From a virus (lineage: Duplodnaviria > Caudoviricetes): DNA of 37,275 bases. A program made the translations under genes and the position numbers. The DNA is taken from positions 1 to 37,275 of the IMG/VR virus record IMGVR_UViG_3300030372_003141; one strand, given 5' to 3'. The notes beneath the pieces are model-generated. The model made no database searches. It saw only the letters and a list, made by a program, of their open reading frames with translations, and was not told where the DNA came from. Each line of letters begins with the position of its first letter. The stretch's first letter is position 1. Shown piece by piece: positions 26,219-35,908 of the stretch.

Positions 26219-29200
26219 ATGCCACAAGGTTTCGAACCATTATGGGATGAAGAACAGACTAGAAAAATATTAGACCAATATAAAGGACAAGGTCATTTAT
26301 TAAAGCCTAATGATAAGATTAATCTAGAAAATCATGCCGCACATCATAACTTACCATTTTATCCAGGTGATTTTTCAATTATGGATGCCGTTAAACAGGC
26401 AGGTATTGGATTCTGGGAAGGATTAACAACGTTTAGTCCTTCTGATGAACGCCCTGACAATGTTTATGAAGGCATAGCAAGAAGTGTAGGTCATCTTGCA
26501 GGATTCGCTCCTGGAATGATGGCTAAACCATTAAAACTACTTGGCGCTCGTGGATTAGCTAATAGAGTTGCTAGTTGGCGTTCTGCTCCTTTATATATAG
26601 CAGATAAAGCTACAGAAGCGATTAAAAAACGAACTAAAGGTATAGGTTTAACAGGAAGAACTGAAGCCCTTAAAGTTGCAAAAGATTTCCATTTAGGAGA
26701 AAAAGCCGCTCATATTACTGAAGGAGCATTTCATTTAGGAGTTGCTAGTGCCGTTAGTGCATGGCAAGGTGGTGTAGATGGAATGATAGAATCAGGTAAG
26801 CATGGCGCTGTATTTGGGGGTGTTTTTAGAGGTTTAGGTAATTTGATACCTGGAACTAAAGCTCATGAAACAGCTGCTAAAGCAGTTGCTGGTTCTTTAT
26901 TTCAAGGGTTACCTGCTACAATGCGAAATGCAACCACAGAAGAACAAGTATACGAATACTTGATGGGTGCTTACTTTGGTAGTAATGAGATATCATGGTC
27001 TAAAGCTAAAGCTATGAAGTTTATGGGCGAGCATGATAAGAAAATGAGAGCAGATGCGGAATATATGTCAATCTCTAGAGGAGACCCAGAATTTCATCCA
27101 GAGTTTGCCAAACTTCCAGAACCAGTTAAAGGTGAAGCAAAAACTATTGCTAAAGAAAGATATAAAGACCCAGCTACACAATTAGGTATGGCATTTAAAT
27201 TAGCTGAATTAGTTGGTCAACAAGATAAAGTTATTCCTGATATTGAAGGAAAAGAAACAAAAATTGAATATGTTGATGGCGATGCTAAGATTGTTATTAA
27301 CAAAAAAGATATACCAAGGGCAAAAGGTTTTAACCTCGGAGGAGGGAATACTGGAGCTGAAGCAGAATTTGCAAGAAGTGCAGATAGAAAAGGCAGAGGT
27401 ACTATTCACTTTACAACCAGAGGTGCTGATAAAAAGATTAAATCACCTGGAGTTGTACGAAGATTAAAAATACAAGAGCTAGAAGATGCAAATAAAGCTG
27501 TTGAAGTAGCTAACCAAACTCTTCAAAGAGACTTGTCAAAAGTCAATGATGATACTTTAAATCTAATTCGTGCTAATAAATATAAAGTAGATAATGGTGA
27601 CGCTGTTTATATTGTTGGTGAAATAGATTCTAGCAATAGTGCTAATTATAGATATGAAACAAAGTTTCAAAAAAATAAAGATACTGGCAAAAAAGAAAAA
27701 GTTCGAGTCTCAAATTTTATAGGCAATAAAGATAAAGTTTTAAAAGGTAATAGTGCATGGGTTGCACAAATGGCAATTGATGCAGGTAAACCTGTACACG
27801 TATTTGACCAAGTTAAAAAAGGTTGGTACTCTTTTAGTCAAGGCGCTAATAGATTTGTGCGTATAAAAGAGCCACCTAGACCACCTGCTAGATTTGTTGG
27901 AACAGGTACTCGAAAATTAAACATAGTTGGAAAAAAGGCCATAGACCGCCTTTTTGATGCCAATTGGGGTGATAGTCCATCTTATAACAAGAAAGTGTCT
28001 GAAACAGCTAAAATAACGCCTCAAATCGAAGCAAGAGAGCAAAGATTAGAGAATATTGACCTTAGACAAAGGAAATTAGAAGAAGAATTAGCTGAAATTA
28101 CTTCTCAAGTAGAATTGGCAAAATCTTTAAATAGGTCTGAAGAACATATTTCTGAAATCGAAGCTCCTAAAAAACTAATTTTAAAAGAACATGATGCTTT
28201 AACTATTGAAGCTAATCAGCTACGTAATATTGATGTTACGCTTGGCGGTAAAGAGAAGCCTATTGTTGATAGGGAAGATAATATTTCTAGTGCTGATGAG
28301 ATAAATGCTAGATTAGATAATGATTTTGAAGGCGCTTCTGAGCTTAGAATAGGTAAGAAAGCTCATCAATTTGTAAAAAGCCATTTATCTAATTTATGGT
28401 CAGGTAAAGCTACCACTACTGATGAAACTATTACATCTATTGACTTAACAAGAAGACTAGATAAGATTATGGAAAGCAAAGATAAGTATGGTGTTCCAAA
28501 ATTTATTCAAAGAGGTAGTAAAGAAAATAGGTCTGAGGCTTTAGCTAAAGAAATTGAAGTAGATATAAACAAGCCTGTTAAAGATGGGGGTTTAGGCGTT
28601 AAAGATTTTACATTAACTCCAGAAGCTAAAGGAGAGCTTAGGCAGTGGATTCAAACCCAAAATACTGGTAAACTAGTCGTTCATCTACAATCTAATGGTA
28701 AGACTGTAAGTAGGATGAATGATGATACTAATCCATTTTCTCAAGCTGGTACTAGAAAGCATCAAAGAGAGCCTAAAAAACGTATTGAATTTGCTTTTGA
28801 AGAGGCTGGTGGAAAGTATGAGCTTAATGAAAATGGCGAGCAGATAAATCCAACATATATAGTTTTAGACCATGTTACCGTTAGAAATGATAAAGGTCGA
28901 CGAGTTGATATGGACTTGTCAAGATTTCGAGGTAATTATTTATTAAGAGAAAATAATTTTAATGCAGAAGTTGCAGATAAGAAATATAGAGAATTTATGA
29001 GCAATGCCATGGAAAGCATGGCTAAAGATGGTTATTATGCTTTTGGTGGACGTGCTGATGGCGACAAAGTACATTGGGTAAGATTTCATCCAGAAGCTAA
29101 TACTTTCAAAATATCCGACATTATATCCGAGGGTTTAAAGGTAGATAAGAATTTTAAATCTTATTATGAAGCTGCTAAGACTAATTTTAGAGCTCAATAT

Positions 29201-32200
29201 GGCCGTGGTCATAAGTTTGACAAGATGTATACTTCTAATATACTGTATGACTTAACAATGAATGGTTTTGATATTAACACTGCCAATTTATCAAAAATGC
29301 TTGGAGAAGGTTTTATTAAAGATTCTAAAGCATTTAATAAGCGTTCTCAAATATGGTTTTCTACAGGTTATGAAGGTGATGGCACTTTTATTAGGAATCA
29401 AGTCGTAGATGGTAAAAAGATTAAGTTAAATGATAATGGAAATTACGAATATGTTATTGTAAGGGACTTGCCTAAAGAGCTTGACAACATGAGCAGAAAA
29501 GAATTAGCTGAATATCAAAAGATGATAGATACAGTAAATAATCATAATCCAGAGCATGTTGATGGGGCTATTATAGTTAGAGATGATATTTTACAAGCTA
29601 TTAGTAGAGACTTTGGAGTAATTGAATCTGTTGGTCAAAATAAATCTTTTATTGTATCGCCAAATTCAGAGCATGGTGCTTTGCTAGGTAAGTTTATGTT
29701 CCATAGTGCAGGAAAAGCTATGACTGAGCATATGAAGAAAAATGGAAATCTTCATATGATTATGCAAGAAAGTGCTGTTAAACAAACAGGTACACGAAAA
29801 ATGGGTGATTATGATATCACAAAAGATGGATTAGTTGTTGATGCTGATAGATACGAATTGACACCTGAGCATATTTTAGGTAGCTATGGTGTTTATGGAA
29901 GCAAGCATATGATAGAAAGCCAGCGTTTACCAAAGCAAGTATTAGGTAATCTTGTCGCAACATTAAGAACTCCTGTTCAGCAAAAAGTTATAGATGAAAT
30001 GTTTAATGATATTATTAATACTCGATTTGAAGGTGACCCAATTTGGAATAAAGAGGTTGATACTTATTTAGATAGCGTTGAAAATGGTGGACTTTCTACT
30101 AAAGAATTGAAAGTTATTGAATCAAAGATTGAAAATAATCTAGAAAATATTGGAATACCTACGCTAATTAAGGCAATGAAATCTGACCATGCATTAAATT
30201 TAACAGAAGTTATTTATAATAAAATATTAAAGATTGAAAAGAATAATGCATATCAAGAATTGTTAGATGGCGAAATTACTGAAGAGCAATACAACCAAGT
30301 TAATGCTGAAATAAATGAATCAACAAATACAGTAGGTAAAATTACAAAGATAGCTAATGAATGGGTGCAAGAGCAAAGGTCAATGGGCAAAGATATGTCA
30401 GCTTCTGCTATTTATATGCATAAATTTGTTAGAGACTTTAGAGTTAAAGCAGTTCAAAATTTTATAGTTAATTCAGCTACTAAGCCTAAGATGGACAATT
30501 CTGCTGTTGGTTTTATTCGACCATACGATAAAGCATTACAATATGACATTGATAATGTTAGTGACTTGTTAAAAAAGAACAATGTAGAGGGCATTAATCA
30601 TAAAGATGATATTTTCTTTTTAGATGATGCTCATAGAAAAATAGTTATCAATACCAATTTAGCAACTAAAGGTTTAGAGAGAATATCCCTTGGCAGATTA
30701 TGGGATAAGTATCAGAATGGTGAATTTTCTGGAACATCTAAGCTAGTTGTAGAAGATATCTTTAGAGCGGCTACAGTACGTGTTCCTATGGATTCAGTTT
30801 CAGGGGTTCAGGTATTGAAATTTGGAGGATTTACAGGTCGTAAAGGTCATGGTATATTAATGCATAGTAGAGCTATGAGAGCTGAAGGTGGAGCTGACCT
30901 TGATGGAGATAAATCTTTTGTATTCTTTGGTGGAAAAGGTGGATGGAAAAAGTCTTGGAAAGATGCATTTGATAGCAATAAAAACGAGCATTATTCTCCA
31001 GATGGAAAAAAAGTAAGCGATAATAAAGCTGCGCTTATACCTGGAACAAATACTACTTATGAAAGTGTTTTAACACAACAGTTTAATAAAAAAACTAAAG
31101 AAAAATTTGATTCAAAAGCTTATCAATATGCACCTGGTGAAAGGTTAAGAATATCAGAAGCTGCTGTTGATGGGAGAAACCTACTTGGTCCTGCAGTTAT
31201 ACAAAAACAAGTAATGACTGCTGCATACAACTCAATTCTCGCTGGTGGAGGGGAGGATGTGCTTCAAATTGAAAGATATGAAAATAATAAAAAAGTATTT
31301 TATGAAGTCAAGATTGAAGCAAAAACAGGTGATGTTCAACAAGAGCATCAAAGAAAACTTGGAAGAGCGCAATTAGGTTTAGCATCTGACCCTTTAGATG
31401 TTTTAGGGTTAAAAAGTAAAAACGAATGGTTTCAAATGATGTGGGATGCTCATTTTGGAATTAAAGAAGTCAAACAAAGAAAATCAGGCGTCAAATACTG
31501 GACAAAGCTAAAAAAAGATGCTCTTAATAAGTTAATTAGCGAAGATATGTTTACAGGTAATCAATTAAAAAGTGGTTTGTTAAAAGATTATTACGACATT
31601 AATCAAGCTTATTGGGGTAGAAATTGGGCTGAAAACAGAAAATATTCAATGGGAGAGATTAATGAGTTAGGCTCTGCTGTTCATAATATTGGTCAAAATC
31701 CTGTTCGATTAAACAATGTACTAGCTAAGACAGGTAAAATGTTAAATGGTCTAGATTGGTCTGATTCTATTTTTGGACGAATTGATAAGCGAGCTATTCG
31801 AGATATGTATCAGCTTAAAATTAAAGAATTGCCTGGGTTAGATTGGCTAAAAAATCTATTAGGAAGACCAACTTTAAAAACTGAAATGGGTGCTTATATA
31901 GATAACACTTTGGAGTTAGGTTTATGGAAAGAAGGTAGGGTTTGGGATAAATCAGGTAAATTGATTGGTGGTATTGAGGCTGTCGCTAAAGATACTAATT
32001 TATTTAGAAAAGCTGTTAAAGGGACTTTATTTGCTAAAAATAAAGATTTAATGAAAGAAGCAATTAGAAGCCAAGATGTCCGTAAGCGTGTTTTAAGACA
32101 AATTCGCGATTATGCTGAAGATTTTATTGTTAACGACGTAACTGATTGGACTACTATTCAAAATACTAGTCGAATTGCTAAGGAAATGATAGATACGAAT

Positions 32201-35200
32201 GATAAAGGTCATAGATTAGCGAAAACAACTGAAGAAGGTATAGCTGCTATACATGAAAAAGTCGAACAATTAAAGAAAAATTCTTATTTAATGGCTAGAG
32301 ATAGAAAGAATTTAGAAAAATATTTAAATGTAACTAAAGAAACATATTCAAAAGAAACAGTAGATTTAAATAATAAAATACTTGACGTTTATAATGAAAT
32401 AGTTCCTGAAGCTAAAAAACCTAAGACTAAAGAGAAAAAGCTTGTACAAGATGAATTTAGTGCCGAAATGGACCAGGCTTTAATTGATTCAGAAATTAAC
32501 GCATTTAAAGATAACTTAACTGAAAATGGTAAGCAGATGTTTGAGCAATTGATGCTAGGCTCTTTAAGTAGAGGGAATATGGCTAAAATTGACAAGGTTA
32601 TTGCATCTGTAGATAAGTTTGACAAAACTACAATGGATTTAATACACAATTTAAGAACACAAGCTTCTAGAACGCAAACTAGCAAACTGGGCTTTAATAG
32701 TAATGCTATATCAGAACAGGGCTTAAAAGAGCATTTAGGGACTTATTTAGGGCTTTATGAGCAAGTATGGACACCTCCTACAAATAAAGAGGTAAAATCT
32801 ACCATTGATAATATTCATAAATCATTAGATAATGTTAGCAATAAAGAAAAGACTAATATGCCTGATGACCCATTAAACGATTTTATCCAAGAGTCTCTTT
32901 TGGAATCTGGATATCAAGGTTTAAAGAAATCTAAATTAGATGATAAGTCACGAAGTGTAGTTTCTGAAATTGCAACGTTGTTAAAATCTTGGGGTAATAA
33001 CAAATTAAATGAAGATTTAAATTTAATCACTCGAGGTAATCCGTTTTTGCAAAAAGATTTAAATACTATGAATTATCAAGACTTTGTAGTGTTTAGAAAT
33101 TATTTAAGAGAAGTAAAACGTGGCAATACTATACAGAGATGGCTTAAAAAATGGGGTGGTAAAAAGCATGAAGGTGCCACTTTATTAGGATTAAGGCATC
33201 ATTTACAAATTCCTGAAACAGTAGGAAGGGAATTGATGGTTGACGATTTACAGTTTATGGAGCAAAATGGATATTTTACTACTAGGTATGGTGGTCGTCA
33301 AGAAGGGCGTATTTTAAAGCCTACAAATTATATAGACATCATGAATAATTGGGCAAGTTTATTAGTAGATAAATCTACAGGTCATGCTGATGGGTTGATT
33401 AAGAAGTTTCATGATACTATGCAATTTCAAAGTGGATTAGAAGATGCTGAATCATTATGGCAAGTTGCTATTAGGACAAGAGAGTTAGGGCTGGAAAATT
33501 CATTATTAAATAATCCTAATTCAGGTAGAAAAGCTGAAACTGATACTATTGTTAAAAAGATTAGAGCATTGTATAATGAAACTTTAAAAGAAACTGATTA
33601 TGAAGCTTCATTAAAAAATAAAGAATACTTGTTAAATATTGATGGTCAAAGAAAAAAGATGACTGGCGAAGAAATCGTTAAGCGTATTGATAAAGAAGTT
33701 GGAAAAACTTTAGATGATATGCATAAGTTTATTGTTGGCGACCCTGGTGTTCTTGAAGATTATATTTATGATTATTGGGATAAAGATACAAGATTGTCTC
33801 CTAAAATTGATTACAAGAAGTTTATTAGACATATGACTGAGCATATGACTGGAGGAGAAAGTCCTTGGAAAGGGGTTGCTCCTAAAGATGTACCTACGTT
33901 TTTTGGTATAGATAATTTACGTGCAGTAGCTAGGTCAATGCAATTAGACTTGATGCCTACAAAAACTAAATCGCAAAAAGATGCTAGATTAAAGATTGCT
34001 TTACAACCAGTATTTGGCACAAGAAAAATTGAAGAGGGTTATTTTCCACATATGTTTTTTGATAAGAAAATAGCTAAAGAATTAACTGATGCTGCGATGG
34101 AGAAAATTATTAAAACTCCTAATAGTGAAATGGATGAAGCTACTAAAAAAGTTGAATTAAAAAAACTACAATATAGATATCGTTCTTTAGAAGGAGATTG
34201 GAACTTTAAAGACATGGAAGAATATGACATGTTTAACGACGTAATTAAGGATATATCTGAAGGAAAGTCGATAAGTGAAAATCAAATTAAATGGTTTAAT
34301 GCTAATGAACGTGCTGGTTCAATGCATTCAAGGACAAGTTATACAGGGGGATGGAGCATTGACCCTGTAGTTGTAGAGGCATATATGCGTTCACTTACCA
34401 ATACTTATTATAGGCAGCTTACTCAAATGTTTGGAAGAGATGTTGTTGATAGAATGGGTAAAGAAATGCCTAAGAAATGGGGCTTAGACCAAACTAAAGC
34501 ATGGCAAACTTGGATGCAGATGTATATTAATGATGCCATTGGTAACCCTTCGATTGTACCAGAGTCTGTTTATGAAAATCCTAATATGAAATTAAAATGG
34601 TCTCCATATGCTTGGTGGGCTGATAATAGAGTGCGTGATAAAATCAATAAAGTGTCTAATAAATTAGGCCTTGGTAACAAGAATATCCCAGAAAATCTAC
34701 GTGGCATAGATATCGATACTGTTAGATACTGGTCTAATTTAGAAGCGCAATATGAAATGGCATCATTATTAGCTCACCCAAAAAGTACTGTAATGAATTT
34801 ATTTGGTGGTAGCATGAATACATTTGCTTCTGCTGGAGTTGGCAATTGGGTTAAGGGTAAAAGCATATCTTATCTTAAAAAAATCAATCCAGCTTTTAAT
34901 TCTAAGCAAGCAGTAACTGACTTTACTATCAAAATGGGAGTTGTTCCTGAATATATTTTATACGAAATGGGTTTGCAAAAAGAATGGCAAACTGTTAAGG
35001 GTAGAAACATTATAGAAGAAATGAAAAATGTATTAGCTCGAGACCCTGAAATGACAACTGAAAGCTTAGTAGAAGTGGCTAGTAAATATGGTAAAGGTTG
35101 GAAAGATAAAGCAATGAATTTTGCTACTAAATTTATGACATTACCTGAAACTGCTTTACGTAGAGACGCATTTATGGCTCATTATGTTCAAGCTTGGGAA

Positions 35201-35908
35201 AAATATGGTGGAGCATTTAAAGAATATGACCATCCATTCTTAATTGAAATGGCTAAAAAAGGTGTAAAAGCTACTCAGTTTTTATATAATGCTCCAAATA
35301 GACCAGCTTTTGCTAGAACTGCATTAGGTAAAGTATTTGCAAGATTCCAAATGTATGCATGGAACTCTGTTAAGTTACGTAATGATATTAGAAGAGATGC
35401 TAAAATAGCAGGATATAAACCAGGTACTCCAGAATTTGAGCGATATAAGCGTTTTTGGATGGCAGATATGTTTATGCTTGGTATGGCTAATGTATTTGAT
35501 TACTCATTATTTGATACTAACTTACCTCAACCATATGGCTGGTATAAAGATACAGCTGAATGGATATTTGGAGATGAAGAAACTAGAGATAAAGCCTTCT
35601 TTGGCGCTTATCCAGAGCCAATTGCACCATTGCAAATGATTACTCCTCCTTCTTTTAGGTTAGTTGGTCCAATTATGAATGGTTTTATAAATGATGATTG
35701 GCAACGTATGTCTAAATATCATATATGGAATGCATTTCCATTTGGTAGAATGGGAAGAGATTTATTTGGAGAATATAATATTATAGATAATCCATCTAGA
35801 ATACCTGAAAAACTATTTGGTATTCCATTGGGACAAATGCAGAGAAAGCGTACTGAAATGAATCGTAGATGGGAAGAAGAAGAAGAAAGGAGATTACTTG
35901 ACCTCTAA
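26219..35908 (+). CDS. Giant (3229 aa) multidomain protein: putative virion-packaged two-barrel DNA-dependent RNA polymerase
   Basis: Catalytic-loop motif GGADLDGDK (DLDGD at aa 1560-1564, nt 30896-30910) preceded by RVP (R1521); second-barrel candidates HVDGAIIVR (D1115), K1142 and K1158; located in the ejection-protein block. Confidence 0.85.
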   Translation: MPQGFEPLWDEEQTRKILDQYKGQGHLLKPNDKINLENHAAHHNLPFYPGDFSIMDAVKQAGIGFWEGLTTFSPSDERPDNVYEGIARSVGHLAGFAPGMMAKPLKLLGARGLANRVASWRSAPLYIADKATEAIKKRTKGIGLTGRTEALKVAKDFHLGEKAAHITEGAFHLGVASAVSAWQGGVDGMIESGKHGAVFGGVFRGLGNLIPGTKAHETAAKAVAGSLFQGLPATMRNATTEEQVYEYLMGAYFGSNEISWSKAKAMKFMGEHDKKMRADAEYMSISRGDPEFHPEFAKLPEPVKGEAKTIAKERYKDPATQLGMAFKLAELVGQQDKVIPDIEGKETKIEYVDGDAKIVINKKDIPRAKGFNLGGGNTGAEAEFARSADRKGRGTIHFTTRGADKKIKSPGVVRRLKIQELEDANKAVEVANQTLQRDLSKVNDDTLNLIRANKYKVDNGDAVYIVGEIDSSNSANYRYETKFQKNKDTGKKEKVRVSNFIGNKDKVLKGNSAWVAQMAIDAGKPVHVFDQVKKGWYSFSQGANRFVRIKEPPRPPARFVGTGTRKLNIVGKKAIDRLFDANWGDSPSYNKKVSETAKITPQIEAREQRLENIDLRQRKLEEELAEITSQVELAKSLNRSEEHISEIEAPKKLILKEHDALTIEANQLRNIDVTLGGKEKPIVDREDNISSADEINARLDNDFEGASELRIGKKAHQFVKSHLSNLWSGKATTTDETITSIDLTRRLDKIMESKDKYGVPKFIQRGSKENRSEALAKEIEVDINKPVKDGGLGVKDFTLTPEAKGELRQWIQTQNTGKLVVHLQSNGKTVSRMNDDTNPFSQAGTRKHQREPKKRIEFAFEEAGGKYELNENGEQINPTYIVLDHVTVRNDKGRRVDMDLSRFRGNYLLRENNFNAEVADKKYREFMSNAMESMAKDGYYAFGGRADGDKVHWVRFHPEANTFKISDIISEGLKVDKNFKSYYEAAKTNFRAQYGRGHKFDKMYTSNILYDLTMNGFDINTANLSKMLGEGFIKDSKAFNKRSQIWFSTGYEGDGTFIRNQVVDGKKIKLNDNGNYEYVIVRDLPKELDNMSRKELAEYQKMIDTVNNHNPEHVDGAIIVRDDILQAISRDFGVIESVGQNKSFIVSPNSEHGALLGKFMFHSAGKAMTEHMKKNGNLHMIMQESAVKQTGTRKMGDYDITKDGLVVDADRYELTPEHILGSYGVYGSKHMIESQRLPKQVLGNLVATLRTPVQQKVIDEMFNDIINTRFEGDPIWNKEVDTYLDSVENGGLSTKELKVIESKIENNLENIGIPTLIKAMKSDHALNLTEVIYNKILKIEKNNAYQELLDGEITEEQYNQVNAEINESTNTVGKITKIANEWVQEQRSMGKDMSASAIYMHKFVRDFRVKAVQNFIVNSATKPKMDNSAVGFIRPYDKALQYDIDNVSDLLKKNNVEGINHKDDIFFLDDAHRKIVINTNLATKGLERISLGRLWDKYQNGEFSGTSKLVVEDIFRAATVRVPMDSVSGVQVLKFGGFTGRKGHGILMHSRAMRAEGGADLDGDKSFVFFGGKGGWKKSWKDAFDSNKNEHYSPDGKKVSDNKAALIPGTNTTYESVLTQQFNKKTKEKFDSKAYQYAPGERLRISEAAVDGRNLLGPAVIQKQVMTAAYNSILAGGGEDVLQIERYENNKKVFYEVKIEAKTGDVQQEHQRKLGRAQLGLASDPLDVLGLKSKNEWFQMMWDAHFGIKEVKQRKSGVKYWTKLKKDALNKLISEDMFTGNQLKSGLLKDYYDINQAYWGRNWAENRKYSMGEINELGSAVHNIGQNPVRLNNVLAKTGKMLNGLDWSDSIFGRIDKRAIRDMYQLKIKELPGLDWLKNLLGRPTLKTEMGAYIDNTLELGLWKEGRVWDKSGKLIGGIEAVAKDTNLFRKAVKGTLFAKNKDLMKEAIRSQDVRKRVLRQIRDYAEDFIVNDVTDWTTIQNTSRIAKEMIDTNDKGHRLAKTTEEGIAAIHEKVEQLKKNSYLMARDRKNLEKYLNVTKETYSKETVDLNNKILDVYNEIVPEAKKPKTKEKKLVQDEFSAEMDQALIDSEINAFKDNLTENGKQMFEQLMLGSLSRGNMAKIDKVIASVDKFDKTTMDLIHNLRTQASRTQTSKLGFNSNAISEQGLKEHLGTYLGLYEQVWTPPTNKEVKSTIDNIHKSLDNVSNKEKTNMPDDPLNDFIQESLLESGYQGLKKSKLDDKSRSVVSEIATLLKSWGNNKLNEDLNLITRGNPFLQKDLNTMNYQDFVVFRNYLREVKRGNTIQRWLKKWGGKKHEGATLLGLRHHLQIPETVGRELMVDDLQFMEQNGYFTTRYGGRQEGRILKPTNYIDIMNNWASLLVDKSTGHADGLIKKFHDTMQFQSGLEDAESLWQVAIRTRELGLENSLLNNPNSGRKAETDTIVKKIRALYNETLKETDYEASLKNKEYLLNIDGQRKKMTGEEIVKRIDKEVGKTLDDMHKFIVGDPGVLEDYIYDYWDKDTRLSPKIDYKKFIRHMTEHMTGGESPWKGVAPKDVPTFFGIDNLRAVARSMQLDLMPTKTKSQKDARLKIALQPVFGTRKIEEGYFPHMFFDKKIAKELTDAAMEKIIKTPNSEMDEATKKVELKKLQYRYRSLEGDWNFKDMEEYDMFNDVIKDISEGKSISENQIKWFNANERAGSMHSRTSYTGGWSIDPVVVEAYMRSLTNTYYRQLTQMFGRDVVDRMGKEMPKKWGLDQTKAWQTWMQMYINDAIGNPSIVPESVYENPNMKLKWSPYAWWADNRVRDKINKVSNKLGLGNKNIPENLRGIDIDTVRYWSNLEAQYEMASLLAHPKSTVMNLFGGSMNTFASAGVGNWVKGKSISYLKKINPAFNSKQAVTDFTIKMGVVPEYILYEMGLQKEWQTVKGRNIIEEMKNVLARDPEMTTESLVEVASKYGKGWKDKAMNFATKFMTLPETALRRDAFMAHYVQAWEKYGGAFKEYDHPFLIEMAKKGVKATQFLYNAPNRPAFARTALGKVFARFQMYAWNSVKLRNDIRRDAKIAGYKPGTPEFERYKRFWMADMFMLGMANVFDYSLFDTNLPQPYGWYKDTAEWIFGDEETRDKAFFGAYPEPIAPLQMITPPSFRLVGPIMNGFINDDWQRMSKYHIWNAFPFGRMGRDLFGEYNIIDNPSRIPEKLFGIPLGQMQRKRTEMNRRWEEEEERRLLDL

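Noticed and set aside
26219-35908. N4-type (T7-like single-subunit) virion RNAP or tape-measure identity for the giant protein
   Set aside because: The visible motif is the two-barrel DxDGD loop with an upstream RxP rather than T7-family motifs; there is no tape-measure repeat pattern and no tail-tube genes.
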